Source: an uncultured Methanocellales archaeon (GTDB lineage Archaea > Halobacteriota > UBA148 > JAJOKI01). Taken from it: DNA of 38,068 nucleotides. The DNA lies in the NCBI GenBank assembly GCA_964412405.1, contig CAYPOB010000002.1, positions 1 to 38,068 on the forward strand, given 5' to 3'. Shown one piece after another: positions 35,306 to 38,068 of the stretch. Numbering within the stretch: the first letter of the stretch is position 1; each line of letters begins with the position of its first letter. The notes under the pieces are model-generated. The model did not search any database. It saw nothing but the letters and a program-made list of their open reading frames with translations, and was not told the origin of the DNA. The translations under genes were made by a program, and so were the position numbers.

Positions 35306-35887
35306 ATGGAAGACATTTTCAGTATAATATTGGGCGCAATTTTTATTAACAATATTGTCTTGACCAAATTCCTTGGACTGTGCCCTCTTTTTGGGGTGAG
35401 CAAGGATACCAAAAGCGCTATGGGGATGTCGCTCGCCGTCATCGCCGTCATGACAATTGCCTCGGCATCCACATGGCTCATTTATACATATATGCTGACT
35501 CCTTTGAACCTTAGATTCCTACAAACGGTCTCATTCATCCTGATAATCGCCACATTGGTTCAGTTGATTGAACTCATCATCAGGAAACACAGTCCACCAT
35601 TGTACAGGTCGTTGGGGATATTTCTGCCCTTAATAACGACCAACTGCGCAATAATGGGGGCTGTGCTGCTGAGCATCAGAGGGGAATACTCTTTCGTTGA
35701 AGGTATCGTGTTTGGCATCAGTACCGGTGTTGGATTTGGCATGGTATTACTGATCATGTCGGGAATACGAGAGAGGCTGGAGCTATCTGATGTTCCCAAA
35801 TCCTTAGATGGAGTGCCTCTTGCATTTATCACCGTCGGAATATTGTCCATAATATTCGTGAGCTTTTTCGGGAGAATTCCATTATGA
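35306..35887 (+). CDS. rnfA: Rnf complex subunit A
   Basis: 193 aa (NNIVLTKFLGLCPLFG, LGIFLPLITTNCAIMG). Confidence 0.85.
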   Translation: MEDIFSIILGAIFINNIVLTKFLGLCPLFGVSKDTKSAMGMSLAVIAVMTIASASTWLIYTYMLTPLNLRFLQTVSFILIIATLVQLIELIIRKHSPPLYRSLGIFLPLITTNCAIMGAVLLSIRGEYSFVEGIVFGISTGVGFGMVLLIMSGIRERLELSDVPKSLDGVPLAFITVGILSIIFVSFFGRIPL

Positions 35888-36690
35888 CGGTTGAATTGAT
35901 AATAAACTCGATAATCGTATTGGGTGTATTGGGTCTCATATGCAGTACTGTTTTAGTCTTGGCTGCTAAAAAATTCGCGGTTATGACGGACCCAAGGGTG
36001 GAAAAAGTATTGGAAGTTCTGCCGGGTGTCAACTGCGGTGCCTGTGGACTCCCATCGTGTCATGAGTATGCAGAGCTAGTGGTCGGTGGAAAGGCCGCGG
36101 CAGATCTCTGCGTCCTGGGTGAAGAAGAGACGGCGGAGAAGATTGGAGATATCCTTGGAGTATCCATAGGGGAAATGGAGAGGGGAGTTGTACTTCTTCA
36201 ATGCAATGGTGGCATAAGGTGCGATGATAAATTTCAGTATGATGGTGTGAAGAACTGTAGGGCCGCTGCGTTAGTAAGAGGTAGTGGAAAAGCCTGCATA
36301 TATGGCTGTATAGGATATGGAGACTGCATGAGGGTATGTCCTGTCGACGCGATTGCCATCGACAAGGACGATTTGCCTGTAATAGATGAGCAGGTATGTG
36401 TGGGGTGCGATCTGTGTGTCGACATGTGTCCAAAAGACATTTTGACTGTGGTCAGCAGGGATAAAAAAACACGTCTCCTGTGTTCGTCGCATGACAAGGG
36501 GAAGTATGTAAAGAGCATTTGTAAAGTGGGCTGTATCGGATGCGGTATTTGCGTAAAGGTATGCCCACCTAATGCAATAACGATTAAAGACAATCTTGCC
36601 ATAATCGATTCAGAGTTATGCACCGATTGCGGCATATGTGTTGAAAAATGTCCCATGAAATGTATAAAATTGGAGGGAGGATATACATGA
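35884..36690 (+). CDS. rnfB: Rnf complex subunit B (polyferredoxin)
   Basis: 268 aa with an N-terminal helix, the LPGVNCGACGLPSCHEYA Fe-S domain and four or more CxxCxxCxxxCP motifs. Confidence 0.85.
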   Translation: MTVELIINSIIVLGVLGLICSTVLVLAAKKFAVMTDPRVEKVLEVLPGVNCGACGLPSCHEYAELVVGGKAAADLCVLGEEETAEKIGDILGVSIGEMERGVVLLQCNGGIRCDDKFQYDGVKNCRAAALVRGSGKACIYGCIGYGDCMRVCPVDAIAIDKDDLPVIDEQVCVGCDLCVDMCPKDILTVVSRDKKTRLLCSSHDKGKYVKSICKVGCIGCGICVKVCPPNAITIKDNLAIIDSELCTDCGICVEKCPMKCIKLEGGYT

Positions 36691-37772
36691 AATCGATTAG
36701 TAGGAGGCAGTTTATAAAGGGAGGGGTTGCCCTCGCAATGACGTTTTTAATGGGTACCAAGCTCCGACTGTATGGAATCGGCGAGGAATCGTTACACATA
36801 ATAGAGGGCACGCGCAATATATTGGGCACCTCTGTGACGGTAAGCATAATACATCACGATGTGGATGTGGCGAAAGAGGCGATGGCCCTTGCCTTCAACG
36901 AAGTATTTAAAATAAATGACTTGATGAGCGTCTACAGGGCAAACAGCGAGGTGTACATCCTCAACGAAAATGGCTTTTATGATGGTGCGAGCGCTGACAC
37001 CATACGAGTCATTGCGAGGGCAGACCATTATTCCAGGCTGAGTGGCGGAGCATTCGCCATCACTGTTTTGCCCATCATGACAGATATTCGATTTACCAGG
37101 AGCATGTTGAAATCCCGTAGGCGAAGATGGTCAAAGACCATCTTCTCAAGAAAACACTTCGCAGAAGTGTTTTCGAATTACAACTCCACCAGATCTCCGA
37201 TCTGGTGCATGTTGGAACTGACCAATTACGAGAATCTTCTCATCGGGAATGGGAACATCGAGTTCAAAAAGGCGGGTATGGGCATAACGTTGGGAGGAAT
37301 TGCAAAAGGATATGCCGTGGATAGGGCGATCGAGGTTTTAAGGCAGAACGGCATAGAACGCGCCCTGATAAATGCGGGCGGTGATATCAGGACCATCGGC
37401 GGCAAGACCGAGGAAGTACCATGGAGAATTGCCTTACGAAATCCAGAGAACAGGGAGGAATGTATCACCGTCATCGAGCTTTGCGATAAAGCCATCGCAA
37501 CCAGCGGAAACTATGAGAGATATTTCAGCGAGGACGCGAAGATGCCCCACATCGTGAACGCCAGGACTGGGTGCGCCGCTCAAGAAATGATGAGTGCGAC
37601 CGTGATTGCCGAAAATGCGATGGATGCAGATGCGCTGTCCACCACCATATTTTTGCTCGGGGTGGAAAAGGGCATGGAACTGGTGGAGCGGCTGAGCGGT
37701 GTAGAGGCGCTGATGATAACGAACGATAGAAGAATATTGAGGTCAAGTGGGTTCCAGTTTCCGAAATCATAG
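36687..37772 (+). CDS. apbE: FAD:protein FMN transferase (ApbE/Ftp) with a twin-arginine signal
   Basis: MKSISRRQFIKGGVALAM is a Tat signal. Motifs are GGIAKGYAVD, NAGGDI and ATSGNYERYF. ATG 36687 overlaps the rnfB TGA and follows GGAGGGAGG. Ends in TAG. Confidence 0.8.
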   Translation: MKSISRRQFIKGGVALAMTFLMGTKLRLYGIGEESLHIIEGTRNILGTSVTVSIIHHDVDVAKEAMALAFNEVFKINDLMSVYRANSEVYILNENGFYDGASADTIRVIARADHYSRLSGGAFAITVLPIMTDIRFTRSMLKSRRRRWSKTIFSRKHFAEVFSNYNSTRSPIWCMLELTNYENLLIGNGNIEFKKAGMGITLGGIAKGYAVDRAIEVLRQNGIERALINAGGDIRTIGGKTEEVPWRIALRNPENREECITVIELCDKAIATSGNYERYFSEDAKMPHIVNARTGCAAQEMMSATVIAENAMDADALSTTIFLLGVEKGMELVERLSGVEALMITNDRRILRSSGFQFPKS

Positions 37773-37781
37773 ATTTACGGA

Positions 37782-37823
37782 CTCCATCAGATGTTTCATC
37801 TGATGAATGGAGACGCACATTTT
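37782..37823 (+). terminator. stem-loop plus T-run after apbE
   Basis: CTCCATCAGATG (37782-37793) pairs with CATCTGATG-AA-TGGAG (37797-37812), followed by a TTTT run at 37820-37823. Confidence 0.35.
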
Positions 37824-37857
37824 AAGGATGTGCCAAACACAATGATGATTTGAGTTC

Positions 37858-38068
37858 ATGCAAACCGAGATAATTCAAGAGGGTAGCACAAAAATCGTGG
37901 TCCCTGTATTGGAAAAAAGGGCAAATTACCCTCCATCCAGCGCACCGGTATTCTACAATCCAAAGATGGAATTGAACAGGGACATCAGCGTTGCATGTAT
38001 GGGGGTTTTTGCAAGAAAGCAGGATACATATATAGATGTGCTCGGAGCCACAGGCATCAGGGGGGTGC
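37858..38068 (+). CDS. trm1: tRNA (guanine26-N2)-dimethyltransferase, 5' partial
   Basis: MQTEIIQEGSTKIVVP...PVFYNPKMELNRDISV...LGATGIRG matches the Trm1 N-terminus. The ORF runs off the window. Confidence 0.7.
   Translation, partial: MQTEIIQEGSTKIVVPVLEKRANYPPSSAPVFYNPKMELNRDISVACMGVFARKQDTYIDVLGATGIRGV

Noticed and set aside
34711-35481. A 256-aa minus-strand ORF across rnfE/rnfA. Other long antisense ORFs include 15468-16004, 30557-31234, 27410-28027, 22884-23417 and 19393-19881.
   Set aside because: All overlap confidently assigned genes on the other strand or frame and have low-complexity, Ser/Arg/Pro-rich shadow-ORF composition.
37085-37200. An odd Arg-rich segment in ApbE (TDIRFTRSMLKSRRRRWSKTIFSRKHF) that might reflect compensating frameshifts.
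   Set aside because: The annotated frame is open throughout. The alternative frames contain stops (TAG at about 37118) and do not read convincingly like ApbE either. I cannot support a lesion without an alignment.

Overview
This 38-kb window looks like a chromosomal segment of a cytochrome-containing methanogen or methanotroph-type euryarchaeon, probably Methanosarcinales or ANME-2-like. That placement is inferred from archaeal PurO, a methanogenesis-marker-12-like gene, CobY/CbiZ, a PGF-CTERM sorting signal, intron-containing tRNAs, rnfCDGEAB gene order and a Ccm system. The window is mostly housekeeping or cofactor blocks rather than an accessory island. In order: (1) thrC, pyrF, purO, a marker-12-like ATPase and a CBS protein. 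(2) A tRNA cluster (Leu, Thr, Pro) surrounded by decayed genes. (3) coaD-like, hisF. (4) A molybdenum-cofactor cluster (fdhD, mobA, mobB, moeA, moaB, moaC, moaE, moaA). (5) Divergent tatC paralogs, ccmABC, and a hexahaem cytochrome c plus cytochrome b pair. (6) A cobamide uptake and salvage island (cobT, wHTH protein, btuD/C/F-like, cbiP remnants, cobD, cbiB, cbiZ-cobZ, cobS, cobY). (7) rnfCDGEAB-apbE, then the start of trm1. I found no defence system, CRISPR array, transposase or integrase. Items worth a second look: a small ORF with an in-frame TAG that is translationally coupled to btuC; a tRNA-Leu with a D-loop intron showing a readable bulge-helix-bulge motif; a 23-bp duplication of the tRNA-Thr 3' end; a phased TGGTTAA/TTAACCA palindrome cluster in the btuF/cbiP divergent promoter; an Rnf complex whose RnfC and RnfD appear to lack the canonical NADH/FMN and covalent-FMN motifs; and an unusually high density of nonsense, frameshift and deletion lesions (moaD-like, AOR stub, mgtC-like, cobT, two cbiP copies). 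Those lesions could be real decay or assembly error. All family assignments come from motif recall, not database searches.
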